Shown piece by piece: positions 20,223-29,178 of a DNA stretch of 64,000 bases. Origin of the DNA: an uncultured virus (IMG/VR IMGVR_UViG_3300046030_000041) (Duplodnaviria; Heunggongvirae; Uroviricota; Caudoviricetes); the IMG/VR virus record IMGVR_UViG_3300046030_000041. One strand, 5' to 3'. Every line of letters begins with the position of its first letter. Within the stretch, counting starts at the first letter, position 1. The notes under the pieces were generated by a model. The model was not told the DNA's origin. It did not search any database and saw only the letters and a program-made list of their open reading frames with translations. The translations under genes and the position numbers were made by a program.

Positions 20223-20367
20223 CGGAATTTCCTCCTTCCTTGTGTTGACTCTGGTTGGCAAGTACGGTCAGTTTTCTTGCCAGACGTTTGGACACGACGC
20301 TGATCGTGGTCAGAACTTCAATGAGCTCCTCGTCTGCAGCACTGGTCCGGGTATTGGTTTCGTACAT
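20158..20367 (-). CDS. Small hypothetical protein
   Basis: AAGGAGGTG RBS; first gene after the 36-bp motif. Confidence 0.55.
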   Translation of the reverse strand: MYETNTRTSAADEELIEVLTTISVVSKRLARKLTVLANQSQHKEGGNSDEQNGRYGYYHRRTAECRCRY

Positions 20368-20515
20368 TTCGTTCACCTCCTTGGAAGGAGCGGTTGTCGT
20401 TTTTGCTCTTTCCACTACCCAATGGAGGTCAAAGTGCCGTTTGGCCGAAAAGCTCAGAAAGTTTTTGAAAAAAAGATGCCTCTCTCCAGCAGAAACCAGA
20501 GAGAGGCGTTGAAGT

Positions 20516-21034
20516 TTAGATGAAATCCTTCAGATAATCGGCAAGTGCGGCAAACAGCTTGTCCCTTTTATAGACGAAAGTATTCCGGGCCATCCCCATT
20601 TCCTTGCCGCAGTCGCGTTCGGAGCGGCCCTCCATCACAAGCTCACAGATTCGGCGACCTTCTGGATCAAGCTCGTCCAACTTATGAAGAAGTGTGTCCA
20701 GCAGTTCGCGGTCCTCCATCACGAATTGAGCGCTGGGCCTGTCATCCGGAAGATCTTCAAGCCAGCTTTTTTCGTTGCTATCCTCGTCGGTGACAGTGTA
20801 ATCAAGGGAAAGCTCATCGCCGCCCTTGTGAAAACGGCAGGTGCAGCAGTCCATATCGCAGAGATAGCGCTTGCTGGCCGGACAGACACAACGGCCGTGT
20901 TCCTGTTGCCTGCGGCGATAGGCATTGATATCGCGGTAGTAATTATCAAAATCTGTTTTGCTGACCGGCACCCACTGATGCAAGTCCTTGAGGTAGATTT
21001 TGCGTTCTGTAGATTCGTTGTCATTGATTTTCAT
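20516..21034 (-). CDS. Sigma-70 region 4-type activator/sigma-like factor
   Basis: C-terminal LDELDPEGRRICEL..GRSERDCGKEMGMARNT HTH; heads the early operon. Confidence 0.75.
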   Translation of the reverse strand: MKINDNESTERKIYLKDLHQWVPVSKTDFDNYYRDINAYRRRQQEHGRCVCPASKRYLCDMDCCTCRFHKGGDELSLDYTVTDEDSNEKSWLEDLPDDRPSAQFVMEDRELLDTLLHKLDELDPEGRRICELVMEGRSERDCGKEMGMARNTFVYKRDKLFAALADYLKDFI

Positions 21035-21303
21035 AGAGATTCCTCCGTTTGTCGTTTCTCGAAACGGAGGAATCTGCAGAGCTGACCTAAAAATGGCAAT
21101 AGTATGCCGTCCGCAGTCCTAACGGATTACTCCGTTTCGGATTGCAGCTTCCTGCTCAGTAGTCAGCTGTACGTTATTCTGTTGTCCACCTCATCGCACT
21201 GAACCATCCGTGATCGGCGGATGTACTTTGAGGCGACGACCACATCAATTTCGCAAAATATCGTGTGCTTTGAAGAAACTCCTTTCGCGTTCACAAAATA
21301 ATG

Positions 21304-21332
21304 TTGTTCTTTGCGAAATTTGGTGGTATAAT
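21304..21332 (+). promoter_or_regulatory. Putative sigma-A promoter of ABC-3C operon 1
   Basis: TTGTTC-17 bp-TATAAT with TGn extension. Confidence 0.55.
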
Positions 21333-21476
21333 GTATAAAAGCGGCTCGTAACAAGCACCTTGGTGGCTCTCTTACGGCTTCTTTTACACTTGTATTGTAC
21401 AAAAATAGAATGTCCACGAACTTGACGTCCGTGGACATGAATGTACAAGTGATGTACAAATAGAGGAGGCGCGGTA

Positions 21477-22481
21477 ATGACATTCAGTGAGTTTTTAAAG
21501 CTGATGCATTCATATATTGGATGCGGCGTTACTCAGCAAGACTATGTCTTGTATATCACCAACCTAATCATTCGGGAGCCATCAAGCGAATCTGAGGAGG
21601 CTGCAGACGAAGCCGATAATTATAATCCGATGTCAGGAAAATCGCCGAACCTGTTAAGCAAGATATACAACGGCGAGAGTAACAGAAAGATTGCAGTCAA
21701 CGATGCCCGTCGCCTGCTAAGTCTTTTTTCCAAAACAAAATTTGTAGATGAATTTATAAGCGTAGACATGGAAGCCAGGGAGAACCTGGTGGGGGCTCTA
21801 AAAAAACATGAAATTACATCAACGGCAGAAACTGTTGATGAGGTATGCGCCGAAATTTTCTACAGACTAATTGAAGCAATGGCCACCGGCAGAAATTATA
21901 TTTCTTCCAGCGACATTCCTCATGTTGATAGATATGGTCAGCGTCTGGCAGAGGCTCCTTTGACTTCTGTCTATGTCGAGGATGGAGTTATTCATATCGC
22001 GGACGAAAAAATAGAACTCCCGATCCAGCTCACGCCAGAAGAGGAGTTTGCACCATATGAGTTGCCATATATCAATGCTTTATGTGATGCTTACGCCGAT
22101 GCATTGTCAATGATAATTACGCCGGATGATATTGATAAATTGCCGAATCGCTACCATAAGGATTTTGTTTCACAACGTGAGGCATATTTTGCGGCTGAAA
22201 GTCTGCAGCGGTCTGTGCGCGAAGTATATTCAGATGGGGAAGATCAATTCAACAATTTAAAAAAAGAAGCATATGACGGCGTTGAAAACACATATCTTCA
22301 GGATTATGAGAACGGCTATAAACGCCTTCAAGCAGTAATTGATAAAATGCTGACCATGCCGCTTAGCGCGTCTACATTAGCACGCACTACAAATTTGATC
22401 AGGAATATGGTTAGAAAGGGCATTTGCCATGTTTTGGTGAATGATGGGCGCATCAAGTCCTGGGTAAATACCGATGAATGA
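21477..22481 (+). CDS. ABC three-component (Lamassu LmuA-like) protein: HTH-like N-terminus plus C-terminal domain
   Basis: C-terminus PYINAL..AY, QREAYFAAES, KGICHVLVNDGRIKSWV; N-terminal SPNLLSKIYNG; overlaps the middle component gene. Confidence 0.75.
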   Translation: MTFSEFLKLMHSYIGCGVTQQDYVLYITNLIIREPSSESEEAADEADNYNPMSGKSPNLLSKIYNGESNRKIAVNDARRLLSLFSKTKFVDEFISVDMEARENLVGALKKHEITSTAETVDEVCAEIFYRLIEAMATGRNYISSSDIPHVDRYGQRLAEAPLTSVYVEDGVIHIADEKIELPIQLTPEEEFAPYELPYINALCDAYADALSMIITPDDIDKLPNRYHKDFVSQREAYFAAESLQRSVREVYSDGEDQFNNLKKEAYDGVENTYLQDYENGYKRLQAVIDKMLTMPLSASTLARTTNLIRNMVRKGICHVLVNDGRIKSWVNTDE

Positions 22482-22917
22482 AGTCTTTAATACACCTTTT
22501 GAGATTTCGCTCAGGATGGTATTACTGCTTTCTGCGTGCGATAATGCCATAACGGCGGATCGCGCGGCGGCCTTGGATTTTATAACTGTATACAGCAGCG
22601 CATTCCATTTATCTCAACAGTCAATCAATGGCGAGAATGATTTCGGATTCAGCGAATTTGCTACACGCCGGGAACTCGTTAATAAAGCTCTAAAGAGCAT
22701 GGTTATTGACGGCTTGATGGCTGTTCGCAGAGACGAGTTGGGGTTTCAATATTCGCTCAGTCCATCTGGAAGAAAATTTTGCAGCAGCTTAAATAGCGAG
22801 TATGCAAAAGAATATAGTAAACTTGCGGCAATTACAGTGAGAAGCACAAAAACCAAAAGTGATGTAGATCTGTTGACTTTAATTACGCATGAGTCAACTC
22901 AATCGCTAAGGAGGTAG
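22474..22917 (+). CDS. ABC three-component middle component (LmuC-like)
   Basis: VFNTPFEISLR, LDFITVY, INGEN.F.FSEF..RR. Confidence 0.8.
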   Translation: MNEVFNTPFEISLRMVLLLSACDNAITADRAAALDFITVYSSAFHLSQQSINGENDFGFSEFATRRELVNKALKSMVIDGLMAVRRDELGFQYSLSPSGRKFCSSLNSEYAKEYSKLAAITVRSTKTKSDVDLLTLITHESTQSLRR

Positions 22918-22921
22918 CGCT

Positions 22922-24748
22922 ATGGCAAAAGGATTCTATATTAAACAAATCGTAGCAAAGAGCTCTACCAAAAGCGACTCTACAATCGAATTCTGCCCCA
23001 AGTTAAACATTATTGAGGGCCATTCCAATACGGGTAAGACCTGCGTTGCAAAGTGCATAGATTTTGCATTCGGCGGGTCAACGAAGAATCCATTTAAAGA
23101 ATCATCCGGGTTTAACCGGGTGTGCATGACTGTTTCAACTTACGATGGGAAAGAACTCGTTATAGATAGAACCGTTGGTAAAAATCAGGCCATGGTCACA
23201 AGTGAAATAGATGGCATCAGCAGCGATACATATGATCTTGAACCCAAGAAGAATCAGAAGCATCCTGTCTTGAACACCATTTGGCTGATGCTCATGGGCA
23301 TCAATTGCGATCCTGAGCCGCAGGTAGTTATTAATTCACGGTTTGAAAAGAAAAGGCTCACTTGGAAGAGTCTCCTCCGGCTCTTCTATTTGGACGAGGA
23401 CCGGGTCGGAGATTCAGAATCGATAATTGTGCCTCAACACAGATATTATGAGAATACATATTTTTTATCTGCTCTGCTTTATCTGTTGACCGGGCGCGAC
23501 TTTTCTGAAACAGATGCAAAAGCAAAAAAGGAAATACGTCAAGCACGAAAAAAGGCAATCACGGAGTATGCAAACGGCAAGATACAAGAAGCGACAAAAC
23601 GTCGTGAGCTGCTTAGCAAACAATTGGAACTGTTTGATGGAATTGACGTTGAGCAAAAGATCGCCGAGTTGGTGCAATCTTTGGAAACTGCCGAGGAAGG
23701 TATTTCCTCCGCTCTAAATGAGAGTAAAACATTATTAAGTACAATCATGGAGACAGAAGAACGCGAAGCTGAATGTGATATTTTGCTTTCAAGGTTTAAA
23801 CAACTTAAGGGGCAGTATTCGGCAGATATCAAGCGGCTTTCATTTATCGCAGATGGGGAAAACGAGCTTAGCAACGTACCCAAGCCTGCCAATTGTCCTT
23901 TCTGCGATGGTAAGATTGCACCTCGCGGAAGAAAATCATATATAGATGCTTCTAAAGCAGAACTAAAGAGAATTGCGGCACAACTGGAAGGACTTATTAG
24001 TTCTGAGCAGGATGTTCTGGCTGAAAAGTCGGAAATTGAAGAGAAACTAAAGGAGCTTCGGCAGAAACGCGATAATATTGAAGCATTAATAAAAGAGGAA
24101 TTGCAACCCAAGGCGAGCCAGTTGAGCGAATCTATTGCATCTTATAAGGCTTATATACAAATTTCTAACGAAATAAAATTGGTGTCGTCTTTTGCACAGG
24201 ATTTCGCTGTTGATATCAACACCTACTCTACTGATGAAGATGAAAATGAGATTGAATATCACCCCAGGGAGTATTTTGACGATGACTTTCAAAGCGTGAT
24301 GACTGAGTACGCCATGCAAATCCTCCGTGAATGCAATTACGAAAATCTTACGAGCGCTCGTTTCGATATGAGTATTTTTGATATTGAAGTCAATGGCGAA
24401 AGCAAGGAAAATAGTAATGGAAAAGGCTATAGAGCATATTTGAACTCAGTCGTAATCTTAATGTTCAGAAAGTATCTTTATAAATACGCGAAGTTCGACC
24501 CAAGAATGTTTATTATTGATACCCCGCTACATGGCTTCGACGAGGGCATCGATGAAACAGCACCAGAAAGTATGCGAACAGCTCTTTTCCAGTACTTTAT
24601 TAATCATCAGGATGAGGGACAATTGATAGTGATTGAAAACTTGGATCACATTCCCCATTTGCCGTATGAAAAATCCGGCGCGACAGTAACAAAATTTGTA
24701 AAAGGACGCGAACCAGGTAGGTATGGTTTTTTAAATGATGTTAAATGA
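22922..24748 (+). CDS. SMC/Rad50-like ABC ATPase (LmuB-like)
   Basis: Walker A GHSNTGKT, coiled coil with CPFC Zn-hook, signature-like NGKGY, Walker B FIIDTP. Confidence 0.88.
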   Translation: MAKGFYIKQIVAKSSTKSDSTIEFCPKLNIIEGHSNTGKTCVAKCIDFAFGGSTKNPFKESSGFNRVCMTVSTYDGKELVIDRTVGKNQAMVTSEIDGISSDTYDLEPKKNQKHPVLNTIWLMLMGINCDPEPQVVINSRFEKKRLTWKSLLRLFYLDEDRVGDSESIIVPQHRYYENTYFLSALLYLLTGRDFSETDAKAKKEIRQARKKAITEYANGKIQEATKRRELLSKQLELFDGIDVEQKIAELVQSLETAEEGISSALNESKTLLSTIMETEEREAECDILLSRFKQLKGQYSADIKRLSFIADGENELSNVPKPANCPFCDGKIAPRGRKSYIDASKAELKRIAAQLEGLISSEQDVLAEKSEIEEKLKELRQKRDNIEALIKEELQPKASQLSESIASYKAYIQISNEIKLVSSFAQDFAVDINTYSTDEDENEIEYHPREYFDDDFQSVMTEYAMQILRECNYENLTSARFDMSIFDIEVNGESKENSNGKGYRAYLNSVVILMFRKYLYKYAKFDPRMFIIDTPLHGFDEGIDETAPESMRTALFQYFINHQDEGQLIVIENLDHIPHLPYEKSGATVTKFVKGREPGRYGFLNDVK

Positions 24749-24782
24749 ATTTGTGAGCAACAGCAAAGCAGGAGGCGAACCC

Positions 24783-24992
24783 ATGAAATTTAGTTATAAC
24801 AAGCTTTGGAAACTTATGATTGATAAAGGTATCAACAAAAAAAGCCTGCGTGAAATGAGTGGCATTAGCGCAACGTCTGTTGCAAAGCTTGGAAACGGTG
24901 GAAATGTAAACACCGAAATTCTACTCAAGATTTGCGCAGCATTGAATTGTGATGTTGGAGATATTATGGAAATCGTCCCAGACGACAAGTAA
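24783..24992 (+). CDS. Small XRE/Cro HTH regulator
   Basis: SYNKLWKLMID..ISATSVAKLG..ICAALNCDVGDIME. Confidence 0.88.
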   Translation: MKFSYNKLWKLMIDKGINKKSLREMSGISATSVAKLGNGGNVNTEILLKICAALNCDVGDIMEIVPDDK

Positions 24993-25042
24993 AAGTCCGG
25001 AAAATGGGACACGCGTTGTGAGATTATTTAAGGAGGCGCAGA

Positions 25043-25465
25043 ATGGGAGTAATTATTCGGGCACGTGATTATCTGCCTGAAAAGCAGGCGGGAATGTTGA
25101 AACCGATCATATTCTGCGTGTCCAGCAATGAGATGGTAGAAAAATCTGTTTCCATAAACAAGATGCTTGCTGAAGAATTGATAAAGGTGCGGAAAAACCG
25201 CCGGACGGTGCAGATGGAACGCTGCTTTAACCAAGTGATTTTAGGGTTGCCTGATGGGGCTGTCATAAAAGACTTTGATGTTCTGTTCAATCCTGATTAT
25301 CAGGTGGACGTCTTGAAGATATTTGTCACTGCATGCAAGCAAAAAACGTTCAGTGTCCTTTGGCCCGGTAGGCTGGAAGATGGAAAACTGTTTTATGCAG
25401 AAGAGGGCTTTCCAGATTATAAGGTGTACAACATAGGCGATTACGATATTACTTGCATCGTATAG
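25043..25465 (+). CDS. brxF: BREX type 3 BrxF-like protein
   Basis: VLFNP...WPG....LFYAEEG.PDY; first gene of the cluster. Confidence 0.75.
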   Translation: MGVIIRARDYLPEKQAGMLKPIIFCVSSNEMVEKSVSINKMLAEELIKVRKNRRTVQMERCFNQVILGLPDGAVIKDFDVLFNPDYQVDVLKIFVTACKQKTFSVLWPGRLEDGKLFYAEEGFPDYKVYNIGDYDITCIV

Positions 25466-25482
25466 CCGAGAGGAGAAAAAGC

Positions 25483-28400
25483 ATGAAATATTCTAAACTA
25501 ATTAGTTTTAATCCGATTGAAGATGTCATTCAGCTCACGACCGCCAGTGATGAAAATAAGGCCCGCGAATATGTAAAGACCTATGTTATGTCCGATGCTA
25601 TGGCCGATAGCTTGAAAGCCACGGTTATCGATCAGCTGCGAATGGACGAGGTCATTGACAATAAGGGCGTTCTCGTCGTTGGTAACTACGGAACCGGTAA
25701 ATCTCACTTAATGTCTGTGATTTCAGCGGTTGCCAATAACGCTGATAACCTTCAGTACTTGCAGAACAAGAAGTTTGCAAAGAGCATGGAACCGATTGCC
25801 GGCAAATTTGAGGTGCTCCGTATTGAAATCGGTGGGGTTACCATGTCACTGCGTGAAATCCTGTTCGGCTTTATTCAGGACGATTTTGATAGCCGTGGCA
25901 TTGACTTTGAGGTCCCGGATTTTTCGACTGTCCGCGATAATAAGAAGCTGATCAAGGACATGATGATGGCTTTTTCCGCAAAGTATCCGGATAAGGGCTA
26001 TCTCATTGTCGTAGATGAGTTTTTGTCATACTTGACGTCCCGTAACGAGCGGGATATCGTACTTGATCTGGAATTCTTCCGCGCCTTGGGGGAAATGTGC
26101 TCAAAGTCAAATCTGCGTGTGATATTCGGTGTGCAGGAGAAGGTATTTGATAACCCGCGTTTCAGCTTCGTATCAGACACGCTGATGCACGTCAAGGATC
26201 GTTTTACGCAAATCATCATCAGCAAAGAGGCCACATCCTATGTTGTCTCGGAACGAATTCTGAAAAAGACGCCAGAGCAAAAGGCCCTCATTCGTGCGCA
26301 TCTGGAGAAATTCAGTAACCTTTATGCCGGAATGTCCTCCAGAATGGATGAATTTGTGGACCTGTTCCCGATCCATCCGTCCTACATCGACGTTTTCAAT
26401 CGCATATATCTGATTGAGAACCGCCATATTCTTAAGAACATTTCCTTGACAATCAAAGATATTTCTAATACCAATGTGCCGGAAGACGCACCCGGCGTCA
26501 TCTCTTTTGATGATTATTGGCCTGCAATCAAGTCGAATGGACTTCTGCGCAGCGATGTAACAATCAGCCGTGTAGTAACGGCGAGCCAGCAGCTGGAAGA
26601 CATCATCAATCGGTCCTTCCAGAAGCCTGCGTATAAGCCAATGGCAATTCAGATCATCTATGCTCTGAGCGTTCACCGCCTTACTACGAATGGCCTTGAC
26701 GTACAGTTCGGCCTTACTGCGGAAAACCTGAAGGATGACCTGTGCCTGTACCTTACCATGCCGGAACAGGACGCCGATTTCCTGCTCGGAGCAGTCAAGG
26801 CTACTCTGCGTGAAATCATGAAGACGGTTTCCGGGCAGTTTATTATCTTCAACGAAGGAAACGGTCAGTACTATATTGATGTAGACAAGATCGTCGATTA
26901 CGACGAAAAGATAAAGCAGAAGGCATCTTTGCTGGCCGAAGGAGAACTGAATCGCTTTTTCTATCAGGTCGTTTACAGTTGCCTTGAATGGGAACAAAAG
27001 CAATATGTTCCCGGCTTTGAAATCTATGAGCATGACCTGAATTGGGACAGCCACAACATTTTCCGCGAAGGCTATCTCTTTATGGGCCTGCCCGGCGAGC
27101 GCAGCACGGCTCAGCCGGAGCGCGACTTCTATATTCACATTATGCCGCCCTATGGCAACGCAGGCGCAGCCAGAAATGACAAGGAAGATGAGGTCTACTT
27201 CTACTTCAAGTCCAATGATGAGTTCTATGAAATGCTGTCGCTTTATGCCGCAGCAAATAGTCTGGCAGGCATCAGTGAGGGCAAGGATAAGGAATCTTAT
27301 CTGACGAAGGCAGGCACACTGCGCAAGGGCCTTGTGAAGTTCCTTAGTGAAAATAAGAATACCTGCTTTGATGTTGTTTATGACAAAGAGCGGCATCAGC
27401 TGATTGAAATCCTGAAAGGCCGCTACAACCGGGATTACACATTCAACGATACGATGGACCTTGCGGCGTCGCTCTGCCTTGACGGCTATTTTGACCGCAT
27501 CTATCCGGAATTCCCGGTTATGAAGACAAAAATTACGCACAAAAATATGGCTGACAACGCACGTGTCGCTTTCGACCATTTTGCGGGCAGAAAGACCCAG
27601 CAGTCTGCGCTTATGCTGCAGAGCTTCGGCGTGCTGGACGGCGAGAAAATACGCCCGGAAGGTTCCAAATATGCCGCTTACTATATTGATTTGATAAAGG
27701 CACTTCCGCAGCAAGGCGTTCTCAACTTCTCTGATCTGTTCGAGCCGCAGGGACTTTATTGGCAAATCGATAAGAAGTTCCGTATCTGGCACATTTTTAC
27801 GCCGGTCATTTTCCTTTCGATGGTATATGCAGGCTACGCCGTAATCACGCTGAAGAACGGCGAAACCATTACTGCATCTACTCTGGACAAGGTGCCGAAG
27901 ATCTCCGCGACTGACTTGTATGAATTCAAATATCTCTCGAAGCCTGCGCAGATTTCCATGGCTGAATTGAAAAAGCTCTTTGACATCATTCAGCTGAACC
28001 CGGCGCTGCTGGATAACCCAAATGACCGTGAAAAAGGAGTTACTGATCTTTGCAAGAGAGCGCAGGAGCTTTGCAATAATGCGGTTCGGCTTGAGCGGAA
28101 GCTCACCGAAGGTTTTGACCTGTGGGGCGAGCCGCTTGCCAATCAGCAGCAGATTCAGCTCATGCGATCTGCTTGCACGGCGGTGAAGGATGAATTCAGC
28201 AATTACGGCGCTCGTTTCAATACACCGGCCAAGCTGAACAACTTCAGCCTCACTTCCGATCAGGTTGAAGAACTGGGCAAGAAGATCGCCCTCCTGCAGA
28301 TCGTTCCGGAGTATATGGCCTTCAAGCGCGACTGTGGAGATGTCGTAAAGTACATTGCGGACATTGAGTTCATTGACCTTGGTGCTTCTCTGAAATCCGA

Positions 28401-29175
28401 GATCGAAAATGCAAAAGCGTCGTTCCGCGAAACACGCGACAGCATCATGAATGGAACCACCGGCGAGGCCGCAGCGCAAAAGGTCTGTGCCGAACTGGAA
28501 AAGATCAAAGAAAAATACATCACCATTTACTTTGACGAGCACAAAAAGAAGCGCCTTGGCATCGAGGATGCAAAGCGTCGCGGCAAGATTCAGGAGAGTA
28601 TCGCTCTGTCAAACTTGCGGAAGCTGCGTACCATCGAAATTCTATCCTCTGCAAAGTTGGCGGAGATCGAGCAGGATTTGGCATCGCTCAAGGTCTGCTA
28701 TGATCTGACGCCGACTGAACTGAAGAGCAGCTCGATTTGCCCGCATTGCAGATTCAGTCTGGAAGACAAGGCAAAGAACACCTACGGACAGCTCGATAAC
28801 ATTGAAAACCGTATTGATGCTCTGGTGGCAGAATGGACGAAAGTGCTGCTGGATACCATCTCTGACCCATTGGTATTAAATCAGAAGGAGTATCTCTCCG
28901 ATGCGCAGGCCAAGGTTATTGACGACTTCATTTCGAGCAAATCGTTGCCGAAGCGTGTGGATGACTTCTTTGTCAAGAGCATTATGGCTCTCCTGAAGAA
29001 CTACGAGCCGGTTGTCATCATCGTGGAAGACCTTGTACAGAAGCTGGACGAGCTGCCGCCGCTGGATGAAGCCACGTTCAAGGCAAAGCTGAACGGGATC
29101 GTTTCAACTTATACTGCGGGTAAAGACGCAGCGACGCTCCGAATTGTTGTCAAGAGAAGAGAAAGCGAGGAATAA
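25483..29175 (+). CDS. brxC: BREX type 3 ATPase BrxC/PglY (DUF6079-like)
   Basis: VGNYGTGKSHLM, VVDEFLSYL, FPIHP, C-terminal CPHC; about 1230 aa. Confidence 0.85.
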   Translation: MKYSKLISFNPIEDVIQLTTASDENKAREYVKTYVMSDAMADSLKATVIDQLRMDEVIDNKGVLVVGNYGTGKSHLMSVISAVANNADNLQYLQNKKFAKSMEPIAGKFEVLRIEIGGVTMSLREILFGFIQDDFDSRGIDFEVPDFSTVRDNKKLIKDMMMAFSAKYPDKGYLIVVDEFLSYLTSRNERDIVLDLEFFRALGEMCSKSNLRVIFGVQEKVFDNPRFSFVSDTLMHVKDRFTQIIISKEATSYVVSERILKKTPEQKALIRAHLEKFSNLYAGMSSRMDEFVDLFPIHPSYIDVFNRIYLIENRHILKNISLTIKDISNTNVPEDAPGVISFDDYWPAIKSNGLLRSDVTISRVVTASQQLEDIINRSFQKPAYKPMAIQIIYALSVHRLTTNGLDVQFGLTAENLKDDLCLYLTMPEQDADFLLGAVKATLREIMKTVSGQFIIFNEGNGQYYIDVDKIVDYDEKIKQKASLLAEGELNRFFYQVVYSCLEWEQKQYVPGFEIYEHDLNWDSHNIFREGYLFMGLPGERSTAQPERDFYIHIMPPYGNAGAARNDKEDEVYFYFKSNDEFYEMLSLYAAANSLAGISEGKDKESYLTKAGTLRKGLVKFLSENKNTCFDVVYDKERHQLIEILKGRYNRDYTFNDTMDLAASLCLDGYFDRIYPEFPVMKTKITHKNMADNARVAFDHFAGRKTQQSALMLQSFGVLDGEKIRPEGSKYAAYYIDLIKALPQQGVLNFSDLFEPQGLYWQIDKKFRIWHIFTPVIFLSMVYAGYAVITLKNGETITASTLDKVPKISATDLYEFKYLSKPAQISMAELKKLFDIIQLNPALLDNPNDREKGVTDLCKRAQELCNNAVRLERKLTEGFDLWGEPLANQQQIQLMRSACTAVKDEFSNYGARFNTPAKLNNFSLTSDQVEELGKKIALLQIVPEYMAFKRDCGDVVKYIADIEFIDLGASLKSEIENAKASFRETRDSIMNGTTGEAAAQKVCAELEKIKEKYITIYFDEHKKKRLGIEDAKRRGKIQESIALSNLRKLRTIEILSSAKLAEIEQDLASLKVCYDLTPTELKSSSICPHCRFSLEDKAKNTYGQLDNIENRIDALVAEWTKVLLDTISDPLVLNQKEYLSDAQAKVIDDFISSKSLPKRVDDFFVKSIMALLKNYEPVVIIVEDLVQKLDELPPLDEATFKAKLNGIVSTYTAGKDAATLRIVVKRRESEE

Positions 29176-29178
29176 GAG

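Noticed and set aside
26173..28542. 789-aa - strand ORF
   Set aside because: Antisense shadow of brxC; no recognisable domain.
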